The translations under genes were made by a program, and so were the position numbers. Under the pieces are notes generated by a model that was not told where the DNA came from, did no database searches, and was given only the letters and a program-made list of their open reading frames with translations. From the NCBI RefSeq assembly GCF_009914755.1, contig NC_060945.1: a stretch of 64,000 nucleotides of DNA; one strand, given 5' to 3'. This document shows, in pieces, positions 12,090-31,019 of this stretch; position 1 is the stretch's first letter; each line of letters opens with the position of its first letter. Source of the stretch: the human T2T-CHM13v2.0 reference genome, Homo sapiens.

Positions 12090-13272
12090 CATCATTTCCA
12101 TCAGGAGAGTGGTAGGCCAAAAAAAAGAAATTAAGGAACTCAAAGGAGTCTTCAATTTTATTTTAATTGCTTGAAATCTGAGGCCCACCTTAACTGATCT
12201 GGTTTATGTTTGAAAAATTGTAAATTGGTCATCATCAGACACTTTCCCTTTAATTCAATCCTCCTTCTGTCATCTATGTTTTGGTAGCCTATATTCTGCG
12301 GAAGCATCAATCATAAGCAAACGGCTACTATTTTGTTTAAGTACGTTCCTTGGAATTAGTGAATTTCTTATTCATGGTCAGAAAAACAGCCTCACATACA
12401 TGGCGATAAGGCTGAGAAAGGCCCAGCCAAAGCCCCTTCTTTACTCCACCTCGTGCTTCAAATGCCAGTGTTGTAGTTTAAATAGTTAATTGTAACTAAA
12501 ATACAACTACACCAGCCTGACAGGTCCCTAAGCTGTTAATCACCCAATTACCTACTTACTATGGATGTGTTTTATATTTTTAACTGGGAGAAAGCTTTGA
12601 GCAGGGGGAATAAAAAAGAAAAAAAAAAGGAAAGAATATGAAAAAGCACAAGAGCTTTTGAGAAAGAGGACACCCAGAGAGAACATCACATAATTTACAA
12701 TTGGCCTCAGACCAATCCAGGGTGCAAGGAAGCCATTCTTCTGTATCCTCGGCAACCAATCTGAAAATTTCCCCATAAACCGGCTTCCTGCCCATGTGTA
12801 ATTCGTGCTTATCAATTAAAATCCCATTACCTTATGCAACATGTGTATGTCATGTCCTCTGGCAGCTGGATGTGCTGAATGTAAAGCCAGGCCTGACCTA
12901 AATAACCTGAAACTCTTTGCAAACACATTTTTATGTGGATTAGAAAAATACTTCAGAAGATTTATAGGTCACTGATAGAAATATGTTTTTATGGAGGCTC
13001 CCACTTTAATCTAGGCCTGGTTTAGACACATGTTGCTTCTGAAAAATTTAATTTGCACATCCCTGTCTACTGGAATGTCACAACACAGCTTTCCCATGCA
13101 TCAGCATAAACAGAGAAATGATAGCAAAGCAATCCACATCTAGATTTGTACATGACAGCTGCAAAAAAAAAAAAAAAAAAAAAAAGTACTTTGGCACGAA
13201 GTCCACTAAAAATTCACATTCAACATTACAGAACTAAGGGAACATGAAGTTTACCAAGTAAATTTGACTTAC

Positions 13273-13313
13273 TTTCTCTTTTTTGGTTTTGCATTCTCTA
13301 AATTAGAAACTCC
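13273..13313 (-). CDS. SAMSN1: Coding exon 3 (GVSNLENAKPKKR+)
   Basis: Long T-rich tract then ttttacag|GGA; donor AA|gtaagt; 41 nt, phase 0/2. Confidence 0.8.
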
Positions 13314-14594
13314 CTGTAAAATAAAATAAAATGAATAAAATAAAATAAATAACATAAAATAAGACAAAACTATATCAAGAGATCTGAAAGAGAATTCATT
13401 CATTTTCTAGTATAATCCAAACGTAGTTCCTTTTGTCTTTTCCCTAGTGAAAAAGACTGATATGTCCCCTGTTGTATTTTAGTAATGTGTCACAGAAGTT
13501 TGGCTCACATTTTAACTTTTTTTTCCCTTTTGTCTTTGTAACTTTGAGAAAGGTAGGATATTTCCTTTATTAACGAGGGCTTATATCTTATTTTAAGCCC
13601 TTGCCAGTTTAAAAAAAAACAACAGGTCTTTTAAATTAAAACATCCAATTAAATCCTCATTATCTAAACCTCTGTCCCTCCATCAATCCACCAAAACCAA
13701 GGAGAGAGACACATACCTGGGTGTGTTAGTTGTATCATAGAGTGCCTTCATTTGAGAAAAATGGAAAGTAGCCTATCACAATACCCTCAGGGTGTTGAAA
13801 TACATCTGTGATTCATCTGACATTTTTCTTCAGATCAAGTGACCATTGTGTAAAATCCCTTACACTTTTGGGGAAAGAATTTGTCACATTTTTCACCATC
13901 CTTGAAACAGCTTAAACTGCCCTAGACACCTTTAAAAGCTCTTCAGATTCTGTCTTTATTATTCACCTACTCCTCCATTTAAAAAACATTTACTGAATAT
14001 CTACATGAAAGGCAACCGATTGTGTTCTGGAGAGGTTCATTTGTTTGGCATGGTAGGAATTTACATACTAAAGAAAATTGCAACGAATATTCCACTTTTG
14101 AGGGGGAAAAACACAAATGCTAAGGCTAAAAGGAAAGGTGAATGGAAACCAGAAAAAGGAAGTTTGATTCTATTATTCAGGTCGTTAATAGTAACAGCCT
14201 GGGCACAGTGAAATCCAGGATAACCTTTCCCCAAGATAGTGATCGAAGGGGCCATTTATCTAATCTTTATTTTGTTTGTATCAAGATTTTTAACTGCAGA
14301 GGACAATTTGAATTTTTTATTTTCCTAGTGGTTGAGCAGAACGTTGCTAAAACCCCACACACTGAAACAGTCAGTCCCTGAACTCGAGGAGCACATATTA
14401 CCAAGTTTGAAATACTTGTGCATGACCCATAGGACATTGCTTGTAGGGAAGAGGTGGTGGATGGGGGTTGTAAGTAAGGATGTGGGAAGCATGAATTAAG
14501 CCCTAATGTGAGTGAGGATATCAGCAGGCCTTTGAGGAGTTAGTGGTCAGATGGACCACTCCTTCCATTCTCTATGCTTTGTCATCCTGTGCCC

Positions 14595-15377
14595 TAAAAG
14601 TATGCAATCTCTATTCAAGGTCTTTTTCTGAAATTGTTTAGGTCTTGGGCCAGATCTTTCCAAACCTCAGATTAGAAGCTAATTGTGTTCCTTGCCCCAC
14701 AATCAGTAGCCACTCACATTTAACAAGCTTTGTGACAATCATGAGGAAAGAGGATGGCCATCCATCTTTATAGTAGTGTTTTTCTGTTATGTGTATTTGG
14801 AACTCACTAGGAAAGAACAAGCAAGCTCCATGTTCCACAGTCTATGCAATCGGGACCAAATATGTCTCAATAGTCAAAATCCATCATCCTGAGTCTCATT
14901 AGTTTGTCGTATGGGTTTAGGTAAATCTCTTGGGATTATGAATGTTGCCGTCTTCAAAATAGTCTACCTTTTGTGAAAATAGACAAGATTTGCAATAAGG
15001 AATATGGGAAACATTCGATACCTTTTAATTTTTAATTATTCAAGTCACAGTATTTTGGAACCAACTTCTTATATCAGGATTCCTCTGCCTTTGCTATCAA
15101 AGAGATTAATTCCAGATGGCTCACAAAATTTATATGCAATCGAGCAAGAGAGTTTGAATTTGGAAAGAAGATGTATTACGCAAACATAGTCTCCTGTATC
15201 ACCTGGGTGAAGCTTTTGTTAATACAATTAGGTATGGGACCCACACAAAGCTTAAACACTTGTAACAGCTGATTGTGGTGAAAGGAACATAATTAGCTTC
15301 CGGTTTGAAGTTTGGAGACATCTGGACTGAGATTAAAGTAATTTCCTAAGACCACAAATAGAGATTGGTTACTTTTA
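14595..15377. repeat. Diverged inverted repeat, arms 14595-14734 and 15244-15377
   Basis: gaagctaattgtgttccttgccccacaatcag pairs with ctgattgtggtgaaaggaacataattagcttc; the match extends to caatctctatt/aatagagattg and aagctttgtg/cacaaagctt. Confidence 0.85.
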
Positions 15378-15947
15378 CTATGTATGTTGTCACAATATTC
15401 TCTAGGGACTATCCACTTTGTTCTGGTTTTACTGGAATTGGGGTCATCCAATTTTTCCTCATGATGAATCAGTTTAGGTTTGGGAAATTTTGTTAAAAGA
15501 CTTTCTTGTAATGAATATTTTGGGCAAAAAATTGAGCTGAAACTTCTTTTTAATCTCTATTAAGATGAAAGAGTTAATGTATTTCTCCTTAGGCAACCTG
15601 CTTCCTACAAGGGTAGGGAGAGTCAGGCACATTAAATGTGGGTCTGGAGTGTGATTATATGAGGAAGAGGGATTACTTAAACAGGCCAACATCTACTTAA
15701 TTAGAATAATAGGTCTATTCCCTCGGTGTTGCCTAGTTGTAGATTACTACTGAACTGGTTAAGCAATTTTTAGTACTGCTTATACCAGACTCAAAGCAGC
15801 TGTGGAAAATGTAAATGACTTTCAATTCTGACTGCTGCTTACATAAGCAGACTGTCACGTATATTGGAGTTCACACCCTGGGTACTTTATTCCTAGAGGG
15901 GCAAGTCAAAGAAAGACTACATACACTTTTATTTTTAGAACCACAGC

Positions 15948-15948
15948 T

Positions 15949-15991
<43 letters not shown>

Positions 15992-16016
15992 CACGCGCGT
16001 GTGTGTGTGTGTGTGT
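15948..16016. repeat. (TG)n/(CG)n alternating purine-pyrimidine microsatellite
   Basis: tgtgtg...gcgcgcgtgcacgcgcgtgtgtg seen directly. Confidence 0.95.
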
Positions 16017-16906
16017 TCTACTCTGAATTCCAAAAGAAAGATACCACTTTGGAGAGTTATTTCAGTGAAAAAATGTCTAGTCCTTTAATTTGACATTTGC
16101 CATGAATGCTGGGTAAAACTTACTCCTGTTAGCCTTCACTTCAGTATCCCCTAAGTTAGGCAGTAATCATTCTTCTTACCTTTCATTCACTAGGGAATGT
16201 GTGGCTTAATTTTATTTTTCTCCCTAGCAATTGTTAGAAAATAAAAAATGAAATGTAGAAAAATTATTACAAATGAACCAACAGAAACTAAGAAACATTT
16301 CCAAGCTATGTTATTTTTAAGGTAAATGAGGGTAGACTCTAACAGCAAAGCACTTCCGTATATAAAATTAGGTCAAAGTTTTAAAAAATAGAAAGAGAAG
16401 ATGTACCTTAAAAGAACAGATAAATTGTAGATATCAAATATATTTCTATTCTCATGCAGAGGTTACAGATGACTATCCTTTGGGATTCAGACTAATATGT
16501 GCCTGTTTCTTGCTTTATTGCTTTGTAAACCTCACTTTCAAATTACAAAGTCAAAAGGAAAAATGTAAATATGTCAGGAGTTGTTGTTGCCTAGCTAATG
16601 GAAATGGGAAAGATGATTCTGTACCAGAGAAAACTGATTGGCAGCAATTGATGATGTAAATCCCATGGTGAATTTTTAGGACTGTAGAGCTGATGCAAAC
16701 TTTGACTTGAAAATGAAAAAATTGAGGCTCAAAATGATAAATGGACTCATTTAGGATCAAGCATATAGTGCTTTACCTTAACTAAATACTGGTGGATTTA
16801 AAACATTTCTAATGTATTTTTTTTGGAATTGCACAAGTCATTCATTTCTACATTCACATTTTATTCAACAAACACTTATTGAACATCTACTATGTACCAG
16901 ACACTG

Positions 16907-17891
16907 TTGTAGGGGAGAAAAGATTTATTTCCTCACCTATCACAAAGTTCATGGCTGATATTCCTATAACAAAAGAGAGATTAGCAAGATAAAATAATAC
17001 ACACTTATTTATTAAAAGTTTTATGTGGCATAAACCTTCAGAAATGAAGTCCCTAAAACTCAGAGAAAAGTGTATTTTTTTTAATTGCCGTGTAGAAATA
17101 TGATTGGAAGACAAAAGGTATGATCTGATGGTAATAAACTGGAGGGAATTTAGAAAGGCCTGTTTGTTCAGCTTCCTCTTGGCGTCTCTGTGTGACATCC
17201 CTTTTCTCTGAGTATAGAGCAGAATACCTGTCATTTGAGAGCCTTCAGAGGAGGAGAAGGGGAGAGTAATTCAGAGAGTGATCTTCTTAGATTTTATGGC
17301 CTGCTTCAGGGTAGAAGGAGAGAGGGGGAATTATAATTCTATGGCCTGTTTCAGGGGAGAAAGGGGCAATGGAAATTTCGGTTTCTATGGTCCACTTTAG
17401 GAGAGAAGGGGCAAGAGAAAGTCAGAGATATCTTCCTGCTTCTGCTGTTTTCTTAATTTCCTTCACTTCAAGATAGTCAATGATATGGTTAGGCTTTGTG
17501 TCCCCACCCAAATCTCATCTTGAATTGTAATCCCTAGGTGTTGAGGGAGGAACTTGGAGGGAATTGGGTCATGGGGGTGGTTTTCCCTATGCTGTTCTCA
17601 TGATACTGAGTGAGTTCTTACGAGATGTGATGGTTTCATAAGTGGTTAACAGTTCCTCCTACTCTCTCCTGCCACCATGTGAAGAAGGTACATTCTGCCT
17701 ACTTCCCCTTCTGTCATGACTGTAAGTTTCCTGAGGCCTCCCTCACAGTGGTTTGACTATGAGTCCATTAAACCTCTTTCCTTTATAGATTGCCCAGTTC
17801 TGGATATTTCTTTATAGCAGTGTGAACATGATCTAATACATTCAGTATGCCAATGTGTGATATTTTAAGGTAGCATTTCATGTACCCCTCA
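16907..17891 (-). mobile_element. ERV1-type solo LTR (subfamily not determined), inserted in an L2 remnant and interrupted by THE1
   Basis: Minus strand runs TG...aaataaatcttttctcccctaCA; the adjacent 16855-16906 resembles an L2 3' end. Confidence 0.55.
17481..17840 (+). mobile_element. THE1D/MST-like MaLR LTR
   Basis: tgatatggttaggctttgtgtccccacccaaatctcatcttgaattgtaatccc ... tttatagcagtgtgaacatgatctaataca. Confidence 0.88.
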
Positions 17892-18461
17892 TTGTTTTAG
17901 ATGCAAAAAAGAATTGCAAGTAGTCTTTCTTTCAATTATCTATCACCAGTGACTGTTGATCTCAGAATCCTATTGAATTCCATTTTTTTAGCTTTAAAGA
18001 TTAAATGAGTTAACCTATATAAAATCCTTACATGATGTCAAACACACTGGAGATACATATAGATGACATTTCTTATTAGATACATTGTTTATTAATAGTT
18101 AGATAGAATTCTGATTTTGAAGTGAATTGAACATGGGTACAAACACATATGTAAATATGTATAACACACATATAAATTCCTATTAAAATAAGCTAATTCA
18201 ATTTCTATTTTGTTTAATTCATTCTCTTGCAAAAATGAAGATTGTTCACTTGCATAACTAAAATGGTTATATTAATATTAAAATACAGTGATTCCAAAAA
18301 TGCCACACGCAAACTGAATAAGTATGTTTCTGGATATTTCTTGGCTTCCTATGTTTCAACAAATTTCCTACAGATTTTCAAAGAAGACATGACAGTTTAT
18401 TTTTAAAATTCCAGTAGACATGTAGCAAAGAGGATGATTATGAAACTTCAAAGGTAATAGA

Positions 18462-24596
<6,135 letters not shown>

Positions 24597-25439
24597 GCAA
24601 TATAAACACCAGGAGAGCTTGATAAGACTTGGAGCTAATGTTAGGTGCATAAATGCATATACCCCAATAAAAGTCATATAAACATTTAGTCTTCCAAAAT
24701 TTTTCACCAAATTTTACTTCCTCATAGACTCCTGGAAAACAAAAGGACTCTCTTGTTCTCTGAATACTCTCCATCCTTGCCTCAATTTAGATATGCTCAA
24801 GATGGAAGCACTCAGAGTGTGACTTGATCTGACTCCAAACTGATCTAGAATTGAAGGCTGTTAGGAAGACTATTCTCACACATACTTGTACTTTGAAAGG
24901 TGGTTCTACAAATTGTCTGGAGGCCCATGGCCAATATCAACAGGGTTTTGTGAGGAAAGAGATCCCCCTAGTAGCAGTGAGCATTGTCATGCACAGCATG
25001 AATGCTCAATAAATGTACTAAATTGAACTAAAATTTTTAACAAATATGAGGATACACTAACATCAAATCAAAAACAAAAAAAAGTAAAATGATGCTGCGA
25101 GCTTCTCAGGGCATAATTAATAGAAAGCTATTTCATATTATCTTCTTAAGGCTAAAGGAAGCATTTTGGGAGTTAACTACGAGGATAAGTGATTCTAGGA
25201 AATGTGATACAGAAAAGGGGTTTGTGTTCCTGAGACTTCTCCCTTGTCTGGGGAGCACCATTTCTCCTTCCATGTTGAATATCCTCACCCAAAAAGTGAG
25301 ACAAAGTTTGCTCTAGTCCAGCAATAGACAGGATGGTACCAGGAGCTGAAATTATTTTTATAGGAATAGAAAGAAATTTCTGCAATAAGACTTAAAAATA
25401 TCAATTAAAACAAAGACAAATATACACGATGAAACACAA

Positions 25440-25775
25440 CAGCATCCAATCAATGGGATAGGAGATTAAAATCATTTCATTAAAGGTTACAAATTATGCT
25501 GGATAGAAAGAATAACTTCTAGTGTTCCATAGAACTATAGGATGATTAACAATAATATATTATAGTTTCAAATAGCTAAAATAAGGATGTTGAGTGTTAC
25601 CAACCCAAAGAAATGATATTTGAGATGATGGACGTGCTACTTACTCTGATCTGATCACTATACATGATATATATTGAAATACCACTGTATACTCCCCAAA
25701 TATGTACAATTATTGTGTCAACTAAAATATGAAATAATAAAATAAAACAATTTTAAAATTAAAAAAAGAAAAAGT
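25440..25775 (+). mobile_element. L1MA 3' end fragment
   Basis: L1MA-type 3'UTR (aaaggttacaaa...gagatgatggacgtgct...tacaattattgtgtcaa) with an A-rich tail. Confidence 0.7.
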
Positions 25776-26109
25776 TCATAGACTAATTTTTCAGTGTATC
25801 TAAGGCAATCAGAGAGATGAAAAAATATATATTGAGCTACCAACTGTATTTTCAAAACGAGAAGATTTATGTGACTGGTAACAAGTCATCACAAATGTGA
25901 AAAAGTCCTACTGCCTTCCTCCATACCTGATTGCAAATGAATGGAAAAATTCCAGTGACAGAAAAGTCTCCCAAGTTATGAATGAGATCACTTTGGCAAA
26001 GGGGAATGTTGGTAAATGTCAGAGCCCAGTCAGTTAAAAAGCAAGTTACTAAGAATGACAAGGATAAAATCCTATCCTTTTTGTGATTTCTTGATTTTAC
26101 ACATTTGCA

Positions 26110-26320
26110 GAATAATAACGGTGGAATACATACAGTATCAAGCATAGTTCTAAATGCTTTTTGTGTAGTAATTAATTTAATCCTCACAACAATCTGTAGG
26201 GTTGATACTATTACAATTAACCTCAATTTATAGGTAAATTTATAGATGGGTAAACAGAGGCACAGAGCAGTCAACATTCTTGCCTAAGCTCACACAACTA
26301 GTAAGTGATAAAACTAGGGT
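26110..26320 (-). mobile_element. MIR
   Basis: MIR core (atttaatcctcacaacaatctgtagg ... gtaaacagaggcacagag ... cttgcctaagctcacacaactagtaagtg). Confidence 0.7.
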
Positions 26321-28707
26321 TTTGTGCGTGGTGTCTTCACTACTACCTGATACTACTTCTATGCTTGACGGCATAGATCCAAAATCTACTGATCATCTAG
26401 GTCAGAAATTTCACAAAGAAGCACTATTAGCCAGAAGGGAGATTAGCTACAAAAATGCAGAGAAATGTAATACCACATGTCACTACTAAATAACTCAGAA
26501 AGAACACCCTTCTTCAAGCCCTAATACTAATAATTTAGTACTATTTGAAGACAAGTGTGTAAACAGCACACTGATGTGTTTTAAAGGTATTAATTATTTT
26601 GTAGCTGCCATCATCATCATCAAAGAATGCCCAGCAATTTATGACAGCACAGTTAATTAAAAGCGGACACTTCAGGAACCAATGAATTTAGATGACAGTC
26701 TGTGCATTAGAGAGCCCCCTCAGCATATTACTGTAATAATGTTATGGTTCTCAGGGAAAACAGATTTTATCCTCCTGTGAGAATAAAATGAAGAAGGAAA
26801 AGCTACAATCAGCTCTTTCTGATGGGAAAAGTAAGGCTTGCTTGCCAGCCTGTCCAGCTCCTGTCTTCAAGAAACAACCCCATACAGCTAGTGAATTCTG
26901 CTTTCTCTAAGAGGGTGGTGTACAGCATCCACACACAGCCTCTCATCGCAGGGCAGGTCCTGTAGCTTATAGCGCCTGGAGAATGCACGGGGCCATAATC
27001 CATCAGGAAGAGGGCTGGTAAATTGCACGAACTTTGCCATTTGTCTACTAGTGTGCGAAGAGAGCTTTATATCAATCCTAAAGCAACAAACTCTTCTCAG
27101 AGCACTATAAATATCCAGGATGGCAAAACAGGTTACCTAGGGGATGGTTATTTGCATTATAAAAGATTCCTCCTTTGCAAAAAGATTCCCTTCCAGATGT
27201 CTTAAAACAGAGGTCTCTTAAGTGTCCTTAAATGTGATTTATAAAATTATATTTACACAAGGTTTTAGAAAGGGAAAGAACAACTAATGTTTATTAAGTG
27301 CCATGTTTCCTGCCACTTATTATCTTCTTCAATCTTCATAGCCACAAATGAAACAAGAGCAAGCCAAGCAAACTTGCAAAAAAATGTGATAGGAAATCCG
27401 ATGGGTAAAAATGTCAAATTCCATCTTTGCAATGGAAAAGCACTGAACTGGTACCCCAGAACCTGGCTTGCTCTCCCAGGGCTGCTACTAAACTGGACAA
27501 GACCCAGGAACCCACCCACAGCTCAATCAGGTGTCCATGTATAAAACGAAGGCTGATGAACAGGAACTTTAAAATCCCTTTCTGTAGAAACAATCCATGC
27601 TTCCTGATCTATAGTAGTTCGGTCCAATGTCAGTAGTGATGACAAATGCTTTTAAGAGAAAATTAAAGTAGGAATGGGCTTTTTTGCTTTACAGCTTTTT
27701 TTTTTTTAGAGATGATTAAAGAGATAACCATGGCTTTCATCAGATTCAATTAGTAGTTCTCCTGTAAGCCTAGGAAATAAAAAAAAGAACAGAGCACAAT
27801 TAACCTTCATCTATTGATTTCATTTTATTTTAACATAAGTCTCTATTTACGGGACGAAACCAATTAAAACTACCAAAAGGTGTTCATATGTGAATTGGTG
27901 GCAGAAGAACAGCTGTATGTAATCATAGATATAACAGGAAACAATAAAAATGAAAGAAAAGTGCAGTCTTTTTAGTCAACGTAATCTGTGTTTTACATAT
28001 TGGCTTGTTATGAGTCATTACACAATCTCAAAGTCAAGGAAAAGATTACGTGCACTGTTTTGACATTGACTCCTCTTGTCCATAGTTTGATGAAGACCTA
28101 GCTGATGGATGCCATTGTTAATCTCATTTTCTTCCTTTAGTGTCTATGTTATTAATAGCTATGTCAATGTTGATGATAATATAAGACAGAACAAAAAACT
28201 CTCAATTTTAATAGTTTAAGCCAAGTAAGAAATGCAGTTAAGTGGTTAGAATACCAACTTGGGAGTCACCTACTTTGACTTCTCCATTACTCACCTATTC
28301 TAAGATGACATGTCACCTTTCAATGTGTCCATTTACCCATTTATAAGACACTAGACTCTAAGTGGTTTTTTAAGACCTTTTGTGAAAGGTTCTGGGACAC
28401 TGTGCAGTGACAACATCTTAAACACCTCTCTTTCATCATTTTTAACTCTATTTCTTCCTTTTTAAGCTAAGCTTAAATCTCATGTTCTCCATGGGACTTG
28501 TACCATTAAACTACGAACCACAGTTATGTACTTAGAGTTAACACCTGCTATTGATCATTTACCTTGTCCCAGACTTCCTGCTAATAGTATAAAATACATT
28601 GTCACTTTTTATTCTCACCTGATAATTAAGAGGTAACAAATAGTTTTCTCATTTTATAGGAGAAGAAACAAGGGCTTAAAGAGTTTAAAGAACTTGTCCA
28701 AGGTGGG

Positions 28708-28974
28708 ATTTGTTTGTTTGTTTGTTTTTTTCTTTGAAACAGAGTCTTGCTCCATCACCCAGGCTTTCTGGGTTCAAGCGATTCTCCTGCCTCAGCCTTC
28801 CGAGTAGCTGGGATTACAGGTGCCCACCACCACACCCGGCAATTTTTTGTATTTTTAATAGAGACAGGGTTCACCATATTGGCCAGACTGGTCTCAAACT
28901 CCTGACTTTGTGATCTGCCCACCTCCACCTCCCAAAGTGCTGGGATTACAGGCGTAAGCCACCATGCCCCACCC
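28708..28974 (-). mobile_element. AluS with internal deletion in the right arm
   Basis: cccaggct joins directly to ttctgggttcaag, so the GGAGTGCAGTGG...CCTCCGCC block is missing; TSD caaggtgggattt / caagatgggattt. Confidence 0.88.
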
Positions 28975-29716
28975 AAGATGGGATTTTTATAATGTTTGTT
29001 TGACTTCCTCCCCCCAATTTTGTGCTTCTAATTACTGTATTGCATTATTTTTAGGAATTCCTCCTGGGGATTCTTACAGATGTTAGGCTTGATACTTATA
29101 AATCAGAATTTAATCACCATTACTTATGTTACTCTCTAGATATTTTGAATATATATTTTCTTGCTGAAGTGGACATCTGTCTTTCATTGATCTGAAAATC
29201 AATGTGTAGAAGAAGGAATAAGAAGAGGAAGAGAAGAAAAAAGAGAAGTAGGAAGAAGGAAGGAAGGAAGGAAGGAAGGGAAGGAAAAAAACTCATCTAA
29301 CTTCTCTTGCTACTAGAATAAGATATGCTGTTTAGGTCACATCTATCACAGATGCTAACTTAAGACACTGATACAAAACCTGACTAACATAGGGAAACAG
29401 CAAGGTGTGTGCATCTATTTTTAATGTCACAAACTTCAGTGGAGAGAGTGGTTCTGGATCCAGCCATTGTGGTAGTAGCTGCTTGATTTGGCCACTTCCT
29501 AACTGTGATAGAAGCAGCAGCAATCTTTGGTGGCTGGTTTATACTGTGCCTTCTCGGTGTAATCCCTGCAAACTTAGAGTATGTGTTTTGAGTTCCCAAT
29601 AATTCTGGGCTCTCTATAACCTGTAGTATATTCCTTTCTGCTTAAATTGACTAGCATTCATTTGTATATCTGCAAATAACCCTGATCAGTATCTTGTCAC
29701 ATTAATTTTAGTTCCC

Positions 29717-30485
29717 GTATTAGTTATGTATTGTGCAACAATAAATTGTGCACAAATTTATACAAATAATTGTGTATTATTTGTATAATTGTAATACAAA
29801 TAATTGCATTTGCATAATTGTATTTGTATAATTATTTGTATAATTGTAATACAAATAATATTGTAATACAAATAATTGTGTATTATTTATTGTGCAACAG
29901 TAAATTGTGCAACAAATTACTCCCAAATTTAATGGCTTAAAAAATACATGTTTATTATCTCAGAGTTTCTGTGGGTTAAGAATATGGGCCTGACTTAGAT
30001 GGGTTCTCTGTTCCATGGTCACTCACAGGATTGTAATCAACTGTGGGCCCAAAGGTTTAAGGTTTCATCTGAAGGTTCAGCTAGGGAAAGGATTCTCCTT
30101 TAATTTTACTCAGTGATCGTTGGCAGCATTCAATTTCCTGAAGGCTGTTGGGCTGGAGGCCTTACTTTATTGTTGGCTATAGACTGAATGCCTTTCCTAG
30201 TTCCTTATCATGCAGGTCTCTTCCACATGGAATCTGGCTTCATTATAGTGTGCAAAACAAGAAGGCAACAGAGGCAGTCTGCTAGCCCGTCTTTTGTACC
30301 CTAATCACAAAAGTGACTTCCTGTCACCTTTGCCCTACTCTATTGGAATCAAGTAACATGCAAGGATGAAGATTACACAAGGACATAAATACCAAAAGTC
30401 AGATGTTATGGTTAATTTATTTTATGTGTCAACATGGCTAGGCCACAGTACCCAGATATTTAGTGAAACACCAGTCTAGATGTTG

Positions 30486-30518
<33 letters not shown>

Positions 30519-30630
30519 TACACACACACAGACACCATGCACACCCTATTACTTCTGTTTCTCTAGAGAACCCTGATTAATACAGTGGTGTTCACTGAGG
30601 TCCTTTTAAAATTTTGCCTTCTGCACTACC
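29717..30630 (-). mobile_element. MLT1 LTR containing an AT-rich expansion and a nested deleted MLT2
   Basis: MLT1 motifs cccaaatttaatggcttaaa, tttattatctcagagtttctgtggg and gattacacaaggacataaatacca. Confidence 0.7.
30404..30583 (+). mobile_element. MLT2 (ERVL) LTR with large internal deletion and (CT)n(CA)n
   Basis: 5' tgttatggttaatt...tgtcaac...ctaggcc...cccagata joined through the microsatellite to 3' ctgtttctctagagaaccctgattaataca. Confidence 0.75.
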
Positions 30631-31019
30631 AAAAGGAAAGTAATAGAGTTTAATGTTGGACAACGCTCCACTCCAGAAAAATCTTAAATGTATTTATGGA
30701 GCCATTTTAGTGCAGCATGGGGCCTTAAAAAACATCTGGTCTAACTCTGTTAGTTTATAGAGGTAAAAACTGGGTTCTGGATTGGGTAATGACTTAATCA
30801 AGTTCTATTTAGGAACCAAGCCAGAAGGAGAACTCAGTTTTCCATTTTAATGCTCTTACTATTGTCTGATAAGTTATCCCAAGTTGAAAGTGGAGAATTA
30901 TGCCTGGTGGCCTAATATGATTATAGTAGAGGAAAATCTTCATGGACAAATGGAGCAGGGTAGTTCTACCCTTCAGTTGTTCTTCCCATAATGGGCAATG
31001 GTTTTGTGCTGGTGCCCTC

